Source: an uncultured delta proteobacterium (GTDB lineage Bacteria; Myxococcota; Myxococcia; Myxococcales; Anaeromyxobacteraceae). Taken from it: a stretch of DNA of 64,000 bases. The notes under the pieces were generated by a model, which saw nothing but the letters and a program-made list of their open reading frames with translations, made no database searches and was not told where the DNA came from. The position numbers and the translations under genes are program-made. This document shows, one piece after another, positions 35,810-46,709 of the stretch (position 1 is the stretch's first letter; each line of letters opens with the position of its first letter). The stretch lies in contig CAVYBH010000011.1 of assembly GCA_963766715.1 (NCBI GenBank), forward strand, positions 128,001-192,000, given 5' to 3'.

Positions 35810-35973
35810 GGCTGGCTCCGTTCCGCGTCGGGTGGGAATCCGTTCGCAGCAATGGAGGCGTGGCCGGGACCGATGTGACGGAAACGCCGAGCTGAGACCC
35901 ATCGGGGTCCGATCGACAGCCGGGATTCGGGGCCGGACGCCGCAGGGCGCGATCCGCGCTACGCTCCTCGCAC

Positions 35974-37080
35974 ATGCAGTCCCAGCCTTTTCGCGTGCAG
36001 GACGGGTCGGTCCGGATCTACCGGATCCTCGACGTGGCCGACGGGATCGACCTCGTCCGGGCGGAGGCGCTGGCGGCCTCGCCCAAGTCGCGCTTCCGGC
36101 TGGCCAGCCCTCGACTGGCCCTCGAGGTCGCCCATCCGCCGCTCCGGCTCGGCCTGGGCGCCCGCGACGTCCGCATCGCCGGGGTTCCACACCGCGTGGA
36201 GGTGCAGGCCAGCCTCTTCGACTACGGGGTGGCGAGCGTCCTGCTCGAGCTGCCCATCGCGCCGGGCACCTCCCTCGACGAGCTCGTCCCGCTGGCCGAG
36301 GCGCTCATCGAGCAGGCCACCCCGGAGATCGACGAGGTCGCGCGATCGGTGGCCACCGACCTGGGCGGCGCGCTCGCGGCGGCGCTCTCGAGGCCGCACG
36401 CCTGGGAGGGCATGGAGACCTACACGGTCTTCTTCGTCCGGTCCTTCGATCGGCGCGTCACCGGCGCCGAGCTCGTCGAGCACGCGCCGCTCGCCCGCCT
36501 GCTGCTCGGCGAGACCGACCCGGTGCCGCTCTCCTCCGGCGAGCGGGCCGACGTCCTCAAGCATCGCTTCGCCTACCTCGAGACCGACCTCGCGGTGGTC
36601 GACTGGAACAGCGCCTTCGTCCACGAGCCCAGCGGTTCGAGCGACGTGCCCGACCTCCTCGAGCTGGCCACCGCCCAGCTCCTCGAGCTCCGCTACTACG
36701 ACGCCTTCCTCGACCGGGAGCTCTCCGCCATCCGGGGCGAGGTGGAGCTCGCCCGCCCGCCCCGCCTGTTCACCCGGCGTTACAACCGGCTGATGCACCG
36801 CACCGCCGCGCTCCTCGTCGACATGTCGGAGATGGTGGAGCGGGTGGAGAACGCGGTGAAGATCGTGGGCGACTTCTACCTGGCCCGGCTCTACCAGGCG
36901 GCGCTGCGCCGCTTCCGGCTCCCGGCCTGGCAGGAGTCGGTGCTGCGCAAGCAGCGCATGCTCTCCGAGGTGTACCGGATCCTCTCCGACGGCGCGGACA
37001 CGCGCCGCTCCGAGATGCTGGAGCTCACCGTCATCGCCCTCATCGCCTGGGAAGTGCTCTTCGCCTTCGTCCGGCACTGA
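35974..37080 (+). CDS. RMD1/DUF155-like protein
   Basis: [41 protein letters not shown]-terminal [15 protein letters not shown]. Confidence 0.75.
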   Translation: MQSQPFRVQDGSVRIYRILDVADGIDLVRAEALAASPKSRFRLASPRLALEVAHPPLRLGLGARDVRIAGVPHRVEVQASLFDYGVASVLLELPIAPGTSLDELVPLAEALIEQATPEIDEVARSVATDLGGALAAALSRPHAWEGMETYTVFFVRSFDRRVTGAELVEHAPLARLLLGETDPVPLSSGERADVLKHRFAYLETDLAVVDWNSAFVHEPSGSSDVPDLLELATAQLLELRYYDAFLDRELSAIRGEVELARPPRLFTRRYNRLMHRTAALLVDMSEMVERVENAVKIVGDFYLARLYQAALRRFRLPAWQESVLRKQRMLSEVYRILSDGADTRRSEMLELTVIALIAWEVLFAFVRH

Positions 37081-37296
37081 GCCGCGGCCAGGGCCGGACC
37101 CCCCGGAAGGGCCTGTTCTTGGGGCTTTTTTGATCTTCTCCCACGGTTGATCGACGGATCATGCCCATTTGACGGGCCAATTCGCACAGGCAGGTGTTGA
37201 CTCGCCGATCCGAAAGCGATATCCGGGACACCTGATTCGCCGGCCCGGCGCGGGTTTCGCGACGGTTTCCCGGCGGTGCCCCAAGGAGGGTCGCAC

Positions 37297-37587
37297 ATGA
37301 GCATGACGCAGGCTCAGTTCTTCACCGCCGTTGCCGAGAAGGCCGGAATCTCGAAGGCCCAGGCCAAGGCCGTGTTCCAGGCCGTCGAGGAAGTCGTGAT
37401 GAAGAGCCTCAAGTCCGCCGGCAAGATTCCGCTGGGTGGCCTCGGGGCCGTGAAGCTCCAGCAGCGCAAGGCGCGCATGGGCCGCAACCCGGCCACGGGC
37501 GAGGCCATCAAGATCGCCGCCAAGACGGTCGTCAAGATCGCCCCGGCGAAGGGTCTCAAGGACGCCTTCAACAAGAAGAGCAAGTAG
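37297..37587 (+). CDS. HU family DNA-binding protein
   Basis: RKARMGRNPATGEAIKIAAKTVVK; RBS AGGAGG. Confidence 0.95.
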   Translation: MSMTQAQFFTAVAEKAGISKAQAKAVFQAVEEVVMKSLKSAGKIPLGGLGAVKLQQRKARMGRNPATGEAIKIAAKTVVKIAPAKGLKDAFNKKSK

Positions 37588-37609
37588 CTCGACAGAAGCC
37601 GTGGTTCCG

Positions 37610-37640
37610 GGGGCCCGTCGGACGCGATCCGGCGGGCCCT
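37610..37640 (+). terminator. hairpin terminator after HU gene
   Basis: GGGGCCCGTCGGA-cgcga-TCCGGCGGGCCCT stem-loop. Confidence 0.6.
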
Positions 37641-37678
37641 CCTGCATTTCCGGGCCCTTCGAGCGGCCCGGATCTTCC

Positions 37679-37707
37679 TTGACAACCCCAGACCCGATCC
37701 GTAGCCT
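37679..37707 (+). promoter_or_regulatory. sigma70-type promoter of nuoE operon
   Basis: TTGACA-N17-TAGCCT. Confidence 0.6.
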
Positions 37708-37740
37708 GCGAGGACTTTTTTCGAGGCATCTCCGACCTTT

Positions 37741-38274
37741 ATGTCCCATCACGACCACGCAGAATCGGAGCGGGGCCCGCAGGACATCGCGGAGTTGCCG
37801 AAGGACAAGGTGGCCCGGTTCGACGCCGCGCTGCCCGAGATCCTGAAGCGCTACCCGGCCGATCACAAGGAAGCGGCGATGCTCGCCGGCCTGCGCCGCG
37901 CGCAGGAGATCTTCGGCTGGCTCTCGCCCGGTGCGCAGAAGCTCGTCGCCGACCGGCTGGGGGCCTCGGCCACCCGCGCCGAGGAGGTGGCCACCTTCTA
38001 CGTGATGTACCACACGCGTCCGGTGGGCCGGCACGTGGTCGAGGTCTGCACCAACGTCTCCTGCTCCCTGGGCGGCGGGTACGACCTCTTCGAGGATCTG
38101 AAGAAGAAGCTCGACGTCGAGAACGGCGGCACCACCAAGGACGGGCGCATCACGCTCCGCCAGGTGGAGTGCCTGGGTTCCTGCGGCACCGCCCCGGTCA
38201 TGCTGGTCGACGAGGAGATGCACGAGAGCCTCACCCCCAAGGTGATCGACCGCATCCTGGGAGAGCTCAAGTGA
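37741..38274 (+). CDS. nuoE: NADH-quinone oxidoreductase subunit E
   Basis: EVATFYVMY, CTNVSC, VECLGSCGTAP (2Fe-2S). Confidence 0.93.
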   Translation: MSHHDHAESERGPQDIAELPKDKVARFDAALPEILKRYPADHKEAAMLAGLRRAQEIFGWLSPGAQKLVADRLGASATRAEEVATFYVMYHTRPVGRHVVEVCTNVSCSLGGGYDLFEDLKKKLDVENGGTTKDGRITLRQVECLGSCGTAPVMLVDEEMHESLTPKVIDRILGELK

Positions 38275-39593
38275 GCGAGACCTTCATCCTCACCAAGCGC
38301 TGGCACAAGCGGGACCCGTCCATCGAGGGCTACCGCGCCGACGGCGGGTACAAGACCCTCGAGAAGGCGCTCGGCATGAAGCCCGAGGCCATCATCGAGC
38401 AGGTGAAGATCTCCAACCTGCGCGGCCGCGGGGGCGCCGGCTTCCCCACCGGCCTGAAGTGGACCTTCCTCCCCAAGGACGTCCGCCCCCGCTACCTCTG
38501 CATCAACGCCGACGAGTCGGAGCCCGGGACCTTCAAGGACCGGTACGTCATCGAGTACGACCCGCACATGCTCCTCGAGGGCATCGCGATCGCCTGCTAC
38601 GCCCTCGACATCCACCTGGCCTACATCTACATCCGCGGCGAGTTCGCCAAGCAGGCCCGGATCCTCGAGAAGGCCATCGAGGAGATGCTCGCGGCGAAGA
38701 TCATCGGCCCCGGCCTGCTCGGCCGGTCCGACTTCCCGCTCGAGATCCACGTGGTCCGCGGCGCCGGCGCCTACATCTGCGGCGAGGAGAGCGCGCTGAT
38801 GGAGTCGGTGGAGGGCAAGAAGGGCTACCCGCGCTTCAAGCCCCCGTTCCCGGCCATCATCGGCCTCTGGGGCAAGCCCACCATCATCAACAACGTCGAG
38901 ACGCTCGCCAACGTGCCCTGGATCATCGAGCACGGCGGGCAGGCCTTCGCGGACCTGGGCACGCCCAAGTCCGGCGGCACGCGCCTCTTCGGCGTCTCCG
39001 GCAACGTGAAGCGCCCCGGCGTCTACGAGAAGCCGGTCGCCTACAACCTCAAGAAGCTGATCATGGAGGACTGCGGCGGCACCCCCAGCGGGCGGCCGAT
39101 CAAGGCGGTCATCCCCGGCGGCTCCTCCTCCCCGGTGCTGCGGGGCGACGAGATCGACATCTCGATGGAGTACGAGGCCATCAAGGCCGCCGGCTCCATG
39201 TCCGGCTCGGGCGGCGTCATCGTCATGGACGACTCGGTGTGCCTGGTCCGCGCGCTCGCGCGCATCTCCATGTTCTACGCCGAGGAGAGCTGCGGCCAGT
39301 GCACCCCCTGCCGCCAGGGCACCCCCTGGATGTGGAAGATCCTCGAGAAGATCGAGCGGGGCGAGGGCACGATGAAGGACCTGGCGCTCCTCGAGCAGCT
39401 GCCCGGGAACATCGCGGGGCAGACCATCTGCGCGCTCGGCGACGCCGCGGCCATGCCGGTGCAGAGCTTCGTGAAGAAGTTCCGGCAGGAGTTCGTGGAC
39501 CACATCGAGGGGCGCGGCTGCAAGCACGGGCAGACCGCCTGGGGCGTCTCCCGAGAGGCCCGCGAGGCGTGGGTCGGCGGAAACCGTCACTAG
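38271..39593 (+). CDS. nuoF: NADH-quinone oxidoreductase subunit F
   Basis: LRGRGGAGFPTGLKW, NADESEPGTFKDR, GAGAYICGEE, NNVET, ESCGQCTPCR, TICALGD. Confidence 0.97.
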   Translation: MSETFILTKRWHKRDPSIEGYRADGGYKTLEKALGMKPEAIIEQVKISNLRGRGGAGFPTGLKWTFLPKDVRPRYLCINADESEPGTFKDRYVIEYDPHMLLEGIAIACYALDIHLAYIYIRGEFAKQARILEKAIEEMLAAKIIGPGLLGRSDFPLEIHVVRGAGAYICGEESALMESVEGKKGYPRFKPPFPAIIGLWGKPTIINNVETLANVPWIIEHGGQAFADLGTPKSGGTRLFGVSGNVKRPGVYEKPVAYNLKKLIMEDCGGTPSGRPIKAVIPGGSSSPVLRGDEIDISMEYEAIKAAGSMSGSGGVIVMDDSVCLVRALARISMFYAEESCGQCTPCRQGTPWMWKILEKIERGEGTMKDLALLEQLPGNIAGQTICALGDAAAMPVQSFVKKFRQEFVDHIEGRGCKHGQTAWGVSREAREAWVGGNRH

Positions 39594-39605
39594 TCGAGGA
39601 GCACG

Positions 39606-40112
39606 ATGGGCGACACAGCCGAGCTGGTGCTTTTCTGGGTCTTCGCCATCCCGCTGATGGCGTCGGCGGCCGGGGTGATCGCGGCCCGCAGCCCGGTCCA
39701 CGCGGCGATGAGCCTGGTGTCGGCCTTCTTCTGGCTGGCCGGCATCTACGTCCTGCTCACGGCGCACCTGCTCGCGTTCGTCCAGATCATCGTCTACGCG
39801 GGCGCCATCATGGTGCTCTTCCTCTTCGTGGTGATGCTCCTGTCGCTCACCGACGCCGAGCTCGGGCTCGAGAAGATCACCGCCCTCAAGGTGGTCGGGA
39901 TCGTGGCCACCGCCGGCATCCTCGCGCTGCTCGTGACCGCCGTCCTGCAGGGCTCCCCGACGGGCCTGAAGCCGGTGGCCGCCGACTTCGGGACGGTCCG
40001 CGCCGTGGGCAAGATCCTCTTCACCCAGTACCTGCTCCCCTTCGAGGCCACGAGCGTCCTGCTGCTCGTCGCCATCGTCGGCGCGGTGGTGGTCGCGAAG
40101 GAGAAGATCTAG
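39606..40112 (+). CDS. nuoJ: NADH-quinone oxidoreductase subunit J
   Basis: SPVHAAMSL, QIIVYAGAIMVLFLFVVMLL, YLLPFEATSVLLLVAIVGAV. Confidence 0.93.
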   Translation: MGDTAELVLFWVFAIPLMASAAGVIAARSPVHAAMSLVSAFFWLAGIYVLLTAHLLAFVQIIVYAGAIMVLFLFVVMLLSLTDAELGLEKITALKVVGIVATAGILALLVTAVLQGSPTGLKPVAADFGTVRAVGKILFTQYLLPFEATSVLLLVAIVGAVVVAKEKI

Positions 40113-40114
40113 CC

Positions 40115-40420
40115 ATGGTGCCCACCACCCACTTCCTCGGGCTCGCGGCCTTCCTCTTCGCCATCGGCTTCGCCGGCGTGCTCGTGAAGAAGAACGCCAT
40201 CATCGTCTTCATGTGCATCGAGCTCATGCTGAACGCGGCGAACCTCACCTTCCTCGCCTTCGCCCGGCAGCAGGCCTCCATGTCCGGCCAGGCCATCGCC
40301 TTCTTCGTCATCGCGGTCGCCGCGGCCGAGGCCGCGGTGGGGCTCGCCATCGTCATCGCCGTGTTCCGCTCGCGGGCCACGGTGTCGGTCGACGAGGTCG
40401 AGGTCCTGCGCGATTCGTGA
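40115..40420 (+). CDS. nuoK: NADH-quinone oxidoreductase subunit K
   Basis: FMCIELMLNAANL, VIAVAAAEAAVGLAIVI. Confidence 0.95.
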   Translation: MVPTTHFLGLAAFLFAIGFAGVLVKKNAIIVFMCIELMLNAANLTFLAFARQQASMSGQAIAFFVIAVAAAEAAVGLAIVIAVFRSRATVSVDEVEVLRDS

Positions 40421-40430
40421 GCCGGCGCGG

Positions 40431-41516
40431 ATGACCCCCGCGAAGGCGATCGCCGGGCTCCTGTGCGCGACGGCCCTCGCCGCGGCTGCGTGCGGCGGCG
40501 GCGCACCGGCGGGCGGCGTGGTCGTGACCCCCGGCCCGCAGGACCCGCCCGGGAACCCGGCCCGGACCTGCGCCGTGCCCGTCGAGGGCGCCGCCGAGGA
40601 CGCCTCCCACCCGACCACCGTCGTGGGCACCGGGACCCCCGCGAGCTGCACGCCCGAGGCCTTCGAGGCGGCGGTCGCGGCGGCCGGGGTGGTCACCTTC
40701 GACTGCGGACCGGACCCCGTCACCCTCACGCTGCCGCGCGAGGTGAGGCTCGTGAACGACGCCGGCGCGAACCGCAACGGCGACCTGCTCGTCGACGGCG
40801 GCGGGAAGGTGACGCTCTCCGGGGGAGGGCGCCACCGGATCCTCTACCTGAACGGGTGCGACCCGGCGCAGCACTGGATCACCGACCACTGCCAGGACTA
40901 CCCGCACCCGCGCCTCGTCGTGCAGAACCTGACCTTCGCCGACGGCCTCGCCTCGGAGCCGGACCTCGGGGGCGGCGCCATCTACGCGCGGAGCGGCCAG
41001 CTGAAGGTCGTGAACAGCCGCTTCGTCGGGAACCGGTGCGCGACCTCCGGTCCGGACGTGGCGGGCGGCGCCATCTACGCCTTCCAGCAGGCCGGCCCGG
41101 TGTACGTCGTGAACAGCACCTTCGGGGCCCCGGACCGGGGAAACGTGGGGTCGAACGGCGGCGCGCTGGGGAGCATCGGCGTCTCGTGGACCGTGCTGAA
41201 CGGCGTCTTCACCGGGAACCAGGCGGTGGGCACGGGGCGGAACCCGGCCCGGCCGGGCACGCCGGGCGGTGGGAGCGGCGGGGCGATCTACAACGACGGG
41301 GATACCTTCACCCTCAGCGTGTGCGGGAGCGAGGTGACCGGCAACACCGCCCGGGAGCTGGCCGGGGCGGTCTTCTTCGTGAGCAACGACCTCACCGGAT
41401 CCGTGGTGATCGACCGGTCCACCTTCCGCGCGAACCCGGGCGTCGACGTCCAGGATCTCCCGGGCTTCTTCGTGCTCGCTGGCGCGACCACGGTCACCGC
41501 GTCGACGATCGAGTAG
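40431..41516 (+). CDS. lipoprotein with right-handed beta-helix (GGAI/FxxN) repeats
   Basis: Lipobox [15 protein letters not shown]; repeated GGAIY..FVGN, GGAIY, GGAL..FTGN, GGAIYND. Confidence 0.8.
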   Translation: MTPAKAIAGLLCATALAAAACGGGAPAGGVVVTPGPQDPPGNPARTCAVPVEGAAEDASHPTTVVGTGTPASCTPEAFEAAVAAAGVVTFDCGPDPVTLTLPREVRLVNDAGANRNGDLLVDGGGKVTLSGGGRHRILYLNGCDPAQHWITDHCQDYPHPRLVVQNLTFADGLASEPDLGGGAIYARSGQLKVVNSRFVGNRCATSGPDVAGGAIYAFQQAGPVYVVNSTFGAPDRGNVGSNGGALGSIGVSWTVLNGVFTGNQAVGTGRNPARPGTPGGGSGGAIYNDGDTFTLSVCGSEVTGNTARELAGAVFFVSNDLTGSVVIDRSTFRANPGVDVQDLPGFFVLAGATTVTASTIE

Positions 41517-41522
41517 CGCCGG

Positions 41523-42522
41523 CTACCGCTCGGGGCGCGTCTCCCGCGCGAGCAGGCGCGCCCACCGCCGCGCGCGGGTCCTCGCCCTCGTACAGGATCG
41601 CGTGGACGGCCTGGCAGATCGGCATCTCCACGCCGACCTTGGCCGCGAGCAGGCGGACGCTCCTCGCGTTGACCACGCCCTCCGCCACCTGGCCGAGCTC
41701 CCGCTGGATCTCCTCGAGCTTCTTCCCGGTCCCGAGGCCGAAGCCCACGCGGTAGTTGCGGGACTGGATCGACGAGCAGGTGAGCACCAGGTCGCCGAGC
41801 CCGGAGAGGCCGAGCAGGGTGAGCGCGTTCGCGCCCCGGGCCACCGCGAGCCGCGTGATCTCGGCGAGGCCCCGGGTGATGATGGCCGACCGGGCGTTCG
41901 CGCCCAGGCCGAGCCCGTCGCAGAGGCCGGTGGCGATGGCGACCACGTTCTTCGCGCAGCCGCCGATCTCCACCCCGACCACGTCGGTCGAGGTGTAGGG
42001 GCGGAAGGTCCTCGTGTGGAAGGCGTCCTGCACCTGCTTCGCGACCCGATCCCAGCGCCCGGCCACGGTGACGGTGGTGGGCGCGCCCCGCGCCACCTCG
42101 CCGGCGAAGGACGGGCCGGAGAGGAAGACGAGGTACGGGTGCAGCTCGGGAGGGAGCACGTCCTCCAGCACCTCGCTCATCGTCTTGAGCGAGTCGACCT
42201 CGACGCCCTTCGCCACCGAGCAGATGGGGATGCCGGCGCGCAGGTGCGGCGCCGCCAGCACCGCCACGGGCCTCACCGCGTGGGAGGGAACGGCGACGAC
42301 CACCATCTCCGCGCCCTCGAGGGCCCTGGCCAGGTCGGGCTCGGCGCGGAGCTTGTCCGGGAGCTCGATGCCCGGCAGGTAGCGCGTGTTCTCCCGGCGG
42401 TCCGCGATGGTCTCGAGCGGCGCGGGGTCGGCGTCCCAGATGGCGACCGGGAAGCCCTTGCCGGCCAGGACGGCGCCGAGCGCGGTGCCCCAGGATCCGG
42501 CGCCGAGGACGGTGGTCTGCAT
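41523..42522 (-). CDS. gpsA: NAD(P)H-dependent glycerol-3-phosphate dehydrogenase (frameshift near C-terminus)
   Basis: [46 protein letters not shown]. Confidence 0.95.
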
Positions 42523-42562
42523 GACGATCGTTCCTCCTCTCCCGTCGAGTCCGCGGCCGGCG

Positions 42563-43208
42563 TCACGGTCCGTCGATGTCGAACCTGTGCACCGGGTGGG
42601 GCAGGTCGGTCGCGGTCCGGAGCACGAGCTCCGAGAGCTTCCCGTTCCGCATGTCGTAGACCCAGCCGTGCAGCCAGGGACGCCCCTCCTGCTTCCAGGC
42701 CCGCTGCACCACCGAGGTCTTGGCCAGGTGGTCCACCTGCTCGATGACGTTCAGCTCGATGAGCCGGCGGGAGCGCGCCTCCTCGTCGGGCAGGGCGGCG
42801 AGCTCGTCCTGGTGCCGCTCGGCGCAGTCCTTGATGTTCTGGAGCCAGCGGTTGATGAGGCCGAAGTCCTGCCCGGACATGGCCGCCTTCACGCCGCCGC
42901 AGCCGTAGTGCCCGCACACGATGATGTGGCGCGCCCTGGAGCTCCTCCACCGCGTAGAAGACCACGGTGAGCATGTTGAGGTCGGTGTGGACGACCTGGT
43001 TGGCGACGTTGCGGTGGACGAACAGGTCGCCCGGCTGGCAGCCGGTGATGGTCTCGGCGGGGACGCGGCTGTCGGAGCAGCCGATCCACACGTACGAGGG
43101 GCTGTGGGTGCCCTTCAGCCGCGTGAAGTAGTCGGGGTCCTCCCCGAGCCGCTCCGCCACCCAGCGCTCGTTGTCCGCGAGCAGGCGCCTGTAGTCTTCC
43201 ATTCCCAT
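42563..43208 (-). CDS. can: beta-class carbonic anhydrase (frameshift near 42935)
   Basis: [34 protein letters not shown]. Confidence 0.93.
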
Positions 43209-43303
43209 GGGGCCGAGCGTAGCAGAAGGGCGGCGCGGGTCGATCGCCCCTTCGCCCTGCCTTCCCCTGCGCCAGCGGGGCGCGGGCGCGGTAGGCTCTC
43301 CCC

Positions 43304-44083
43304 GTGCGCACCGTCCACGCCACGCGCTACGTGACCCCGCTCCGGGAGGGCGGCTCGCTGCCGGCCATCGTCGAGGCCGACGACGACGGGCTCTACGTGG
43401 TGAAGTTCCGGGCCGCCGGGCAGGGGCCGAAGGCGCTGGTGGCCGAGGTGGTCGCCGGCGAGCTGGCGCGCGCCGCGGGCTTCCGGGTGCCGGAGCTGGT
43501 GACGGTGGAGGTGGGACCGGAGCTCGGCCGCAACGAGCCCGACGAGGAGATCCGGGAGCTGCTCCGGGCGAGCACCGGGCCGAACCTGGGGCTCGACTTC
43601 CTGCCGGGCAGCATCACCTTCGACCCGGTCGCCGGCCCCGCCCCGTCGGCGGCGGAGGCCTCGGCGCTCGTCTGGTTCGACGCCTTCGTCCAGAACGTGG
43701 ACCGCACGGCCCGGAACGCCAACCTCCTCGTCTGGCACCGGCAGCTCTGGCTCATCGACCACGGCGCGTCCCTCTACTTCCAGCACGACTGGGACGAGGC
43801 GCGCGATCCGGCCGGAGCCTCCTTCCCGGCGGTGAAGGACCACGTGCTCCTGCCCTGGGCCACCTCCGTGGCGGCGGCGGGCGCGGAGCTCGCGAGCCGG
43901 CTCGGGCCCGCCACGGTGGAGCGCGTGCTCGCCGGGGTGCCCGACGCGTGGCTCTCGGCGGGCCCGGCCCCCGGGGACCCGGCCACCCTGCGCGCGGCCT
44001 TCGCGCGTCACTTCACGCGGAGGCTCGGCATCGCCCCGCGCCTGGCCGAGGAGGCGGACCGTGCCCGCGCCCAGCTCGTTTGA
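43304..44083 (+). CDS. HipA-like (PI3/4K-fold) kinase
   Basis: PLREGGSLP (Gly loop), [17 protein letters not shown] (catalytic loop), LIDHG. Confidence 0.85.
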   Translation: MRTVHATRYVTPLREGGSLPAIVEADDDGLYVVKFRAAGQGPKALVAEVVAGELARAAGFRVPELVTVEVGPELGRNEPDEEIRELLRASTGPNLGLDFLPGSITFDPVAGPAPSAAEASALVWFDAFVQNVDRTARNANLLVWHRQLWLIDHGASLYFQHDWDEARDPAGASFPAVKDHVLLPWATSVAAAGAELASRLGPATVERVLAGVPDAWLSAGPAPGDPATLRAAFARHFTRRLGIAPRLAEEADRARAQLV

Positions 44084-44480
44084 CTACGCCGTCCTGCGCG
44101 TCGTGCCCCGCGTCGAGCGGGAGGAGTTCGTGAACGCGGGCGTGGTCCTCTTCTGCCTGCAGCGGGATTTCCTCGGGGCCCGCGTGGAGCTCGACCTGGC
44201 CCGGGTCCGCGCCCTCTGGCCCGGAGCCGACCTGCCGCTGCTCGAGGCCCATCTCGCCGCCGTGCCGCTCATCTGCGCCGGCGCCCCCGGGAGCGGCCCG
44301 ATCGGGCGCCTGTCGGCGCGCGAGCGCTTCCACTGGCTGGTCGCGCCGCGCAGCACGATCCTGCAGGTCTCGCCGGTCCACTCCGGCCTGTGCGACGACC
44401 CGGCGGCGGCGCTCGAGCACCTGATGGATCGCATGGTCCGGATCGACCTTCGGGCTACCTCTTCCGGAGGAGACCCCTGA
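44061..44480 (+). CDS. DUF3037 domain protein
   Basis: YAVLRVVPRVEREEFVNAGVVL, RERFHWLVAPRSTILQVSPVHSG. Confidence 0.85.
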   Translation: MPAPSSFDYAVLRVVPRVEREEFVNAGVVLFCLQRDFLGARVELDLARVRALWPGADLPLLEAHLAAVPLICAGAPGSGPIGRLSARERFHWLVAPRSTILQVSPVHSGLCDDPAAALEHLMDRMVRIDLRATSSGGDP

Positions 44481-44551
44481 TCGGTTTGCCCCGAGCGCCG
44501 GTCCCGAGCAAATAAGAAGTACGGCCCGACCGGCCCTCGAGCCCAGAACCC

Positions 44552-45345
44552 TTGATCCTCCCGCTCCTCCTCGCCGCCCTCGCCAGCGTCGCCGCCGAGC
44601 CCGGTCCCTCGCCCGCCGAGGTGATCGCGATCGGCTCGACGACGGTCGCGCTCCAGGCCGGCCCGGACGCCGACGTCGCCGGGCAGGTGCGGCGCGTGCT
44701 GCCCCGCGCCGTGCGCGCGGCGGCCCGCTGGGGAGCGGTCCCGGCCTCGGTGACCGTGTCCGTCCACGCCAACCACGCCGACCTCGAGGCCGCCACGGGG
44801 CGCACCGGGAAGCCCGTGGATGCGGGCCTGGGCGGGGATCGGCTCCGTCGATCTGCAATCGCCCCGCACGTGGTCCCAGGGCCAGGCCTCCGACGAGGCG
44901 CTCTTCCAGATCCTCGCCCACGAGCTCACCCATTGCGTCCTCTTCCAGGCGGTGGGGCGCGACGGCCGCGCCAGGCAGATCCCGATGTGGTTCCAGGAGG
45001 GCATGGCCACGGTGACCGCCGGGAGAGCATCACGGCCAGGTCGACGCCGCGGCGCTGTCGAGCCCGGCGGCGGTCCTGCGGTCGAACCCGCGGGCGGTCT
45101 ACGGCACCGCGGACCGCGCCTTCCGCGACCTGCTCCAGCGCTTCGGCGACGCGAGCGTGCGCCTGCTCCTCTCCCGGCTCGCCGAGGGGCAGGCCTTCCC
45201 GGCCGCCTTCCAGGAGGCGACGGGCGTGACCCTCGCCGCGTTCGAGGGCGACCTGGCGCGACGGCTCTCGGCCGTGGCGGTCGCGAACGAGCCTCCCGGG
45301 GCGGCGCGCTCCGGAGGGGGCGTCCCGGCTCCGGGCGTTCGGTGA
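44552..45345 (+). CDS. exported peptidase MA-like zincin (two frameshifts)
   Basis: Signal peptide; LAHELTH (HExxH) and PMWFQEGMA; C-terminal YGTA..FPAAFQEATG. Confidence 0.75.
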
Positions 45346-45379
45346 CGCGGCCGGAAGGCCGGGGTAAGCTTCGCGCCTC

Positions 45380-46304
45380 ATGCGCGCTCGCTGCGTCCAC
45401 TGCCAGAACACCTTCGACACCGACCGCTTCGGGGTGCAGACCTGCCCGCACTGCGGCCAGCAGGTCCACCTCGCCGACCCGAGCGCGCCGCCGCCCCCGC
45501 CGCCTCCGGCCGCTCCTCCGCCGCAGGCCTCCCCGTACGGCGCACCCCCGCCCGGTGGATACGGGCCGGGCGCCTACGCTCCGGGAGCACCCGGCACGGC
45601 CTGGGCCGCCGCCGAGGCCGACGCGCCGTTCGCCCAGCGCTCGACCCTGGGCTGGCCGAGGAGCCTACATCGAGACCTGGAAGCTCGCCTGCCTCCGGCC
45701 GGCCGAGTTCTTCCGCTCGGTGAAGATCGCCTCTCCCGGCTCGGCGGTGCTCTTCGGGGTCATCGCCATGACCATCGCCAGCTGGGCGCAGACGCTCTAC
45801 GGCGCGCTCCTGGGAGCGGCCACCCAGGGGATGATCCGGGACATGCTCCACCAGATGCCCCAGGGAGAGCGCTTCCAGGACACCTGGATGGTCCAGTGGA
45901 TGTCCGGCGCCACCGCCGTGGGAACCGTGGCCCAGCTCATCGCCGCCCCCTTCCTCGCCGCCATCTGGATCCTCATCTGGGCGGGCGTCTACCAGGTCGC
46001 CCTGCTCGTCCTCGGCGCCGCCTCGCGCGGCTTCGACGCCACCCTCACCGTGGTCGGGTACGCCTCGGGCGCGCTCCTCCTCGGCGCCGCGCCGGTGCCC
46101 GGGCTCGCCAACCTGGTGGCGGCCGTCTGGTTCGGGTTCGCCACCGCCATCGGCTTCCGCGAGGCGCAGCGCACCACCAACGGCAAGGCCTGGACCGCCA
46201 TGATCCTTCCCTTCGCGGCCACCTGCCTCTGCTGCTGCGCGGCCGGCTGGATGATCATGTCCGGCCTGTCCGGGCTCTCCAGCCTGAAGGTCCACGGAGG
46301 CTGA
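45380..46304 (+). CDS. zinc-ribbon + Yip1-domain membrane protein (frameshift near 45660)
   Basis: CVHC..CPHC, Pro-rich linker, RPAEFFR, multiple TM helices, GFDATLTVVGY, CLCCC. Confidence 0.75.
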
Positions 46305-46307
46305 CCG

Positions 46308-46709
46308 ATGACGGCGGGCCGGCGCACCGGGAGGTTCGGGGTCCCGGAGGCCTTCGCGCTCGTCGCCGCCGCGAGCTTCCTGGCGGCCCGCTTCCTGCCG
46401 CTCCTCGCCCTTCACTCGGAGTGCCCGTTCCGGCTGGCCACCGGGCTGCCCTGCGCCACCTGCGGCATGACCCACGCCTTCGTGGCGCTGGCCCACGGCG
46501 AGCTGCTCGCGGCCTGGTCGGCCAGCCCGCTGGGCGCGGTCCTCGCCGGCGGCGCCTGGCTCTACGCGATCCTCGACCTGGCGCGCGTCGCCCTCGGGCT
46601 CCCCTGGCCGTCGATCCCGCAGCGCGCCTGGCGGGCGGTCGCCGTGGCGGCCTGCTCGGCCACCGCCCTCAACTGGGCGTGGATGCTCTGGCGCACGAGG
46701 ATCACGTGA
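46308..46709 (+). CDS. DUF2752 domain protein
   Basis: CPFRLATGLPCATCGMTHA. Confidence 0.85.
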   Translation: MTAGRRTGRFGVPEAFALVAAASFLAARFLPLLALHSECPFRLATGLPCATCGMTHAFVALAHGELLAAWSASPLGAVLAGGAWLYAILDLARVALGLPWPSIPQRAWRAVAVAACSATALNWAWMLWRTRIT

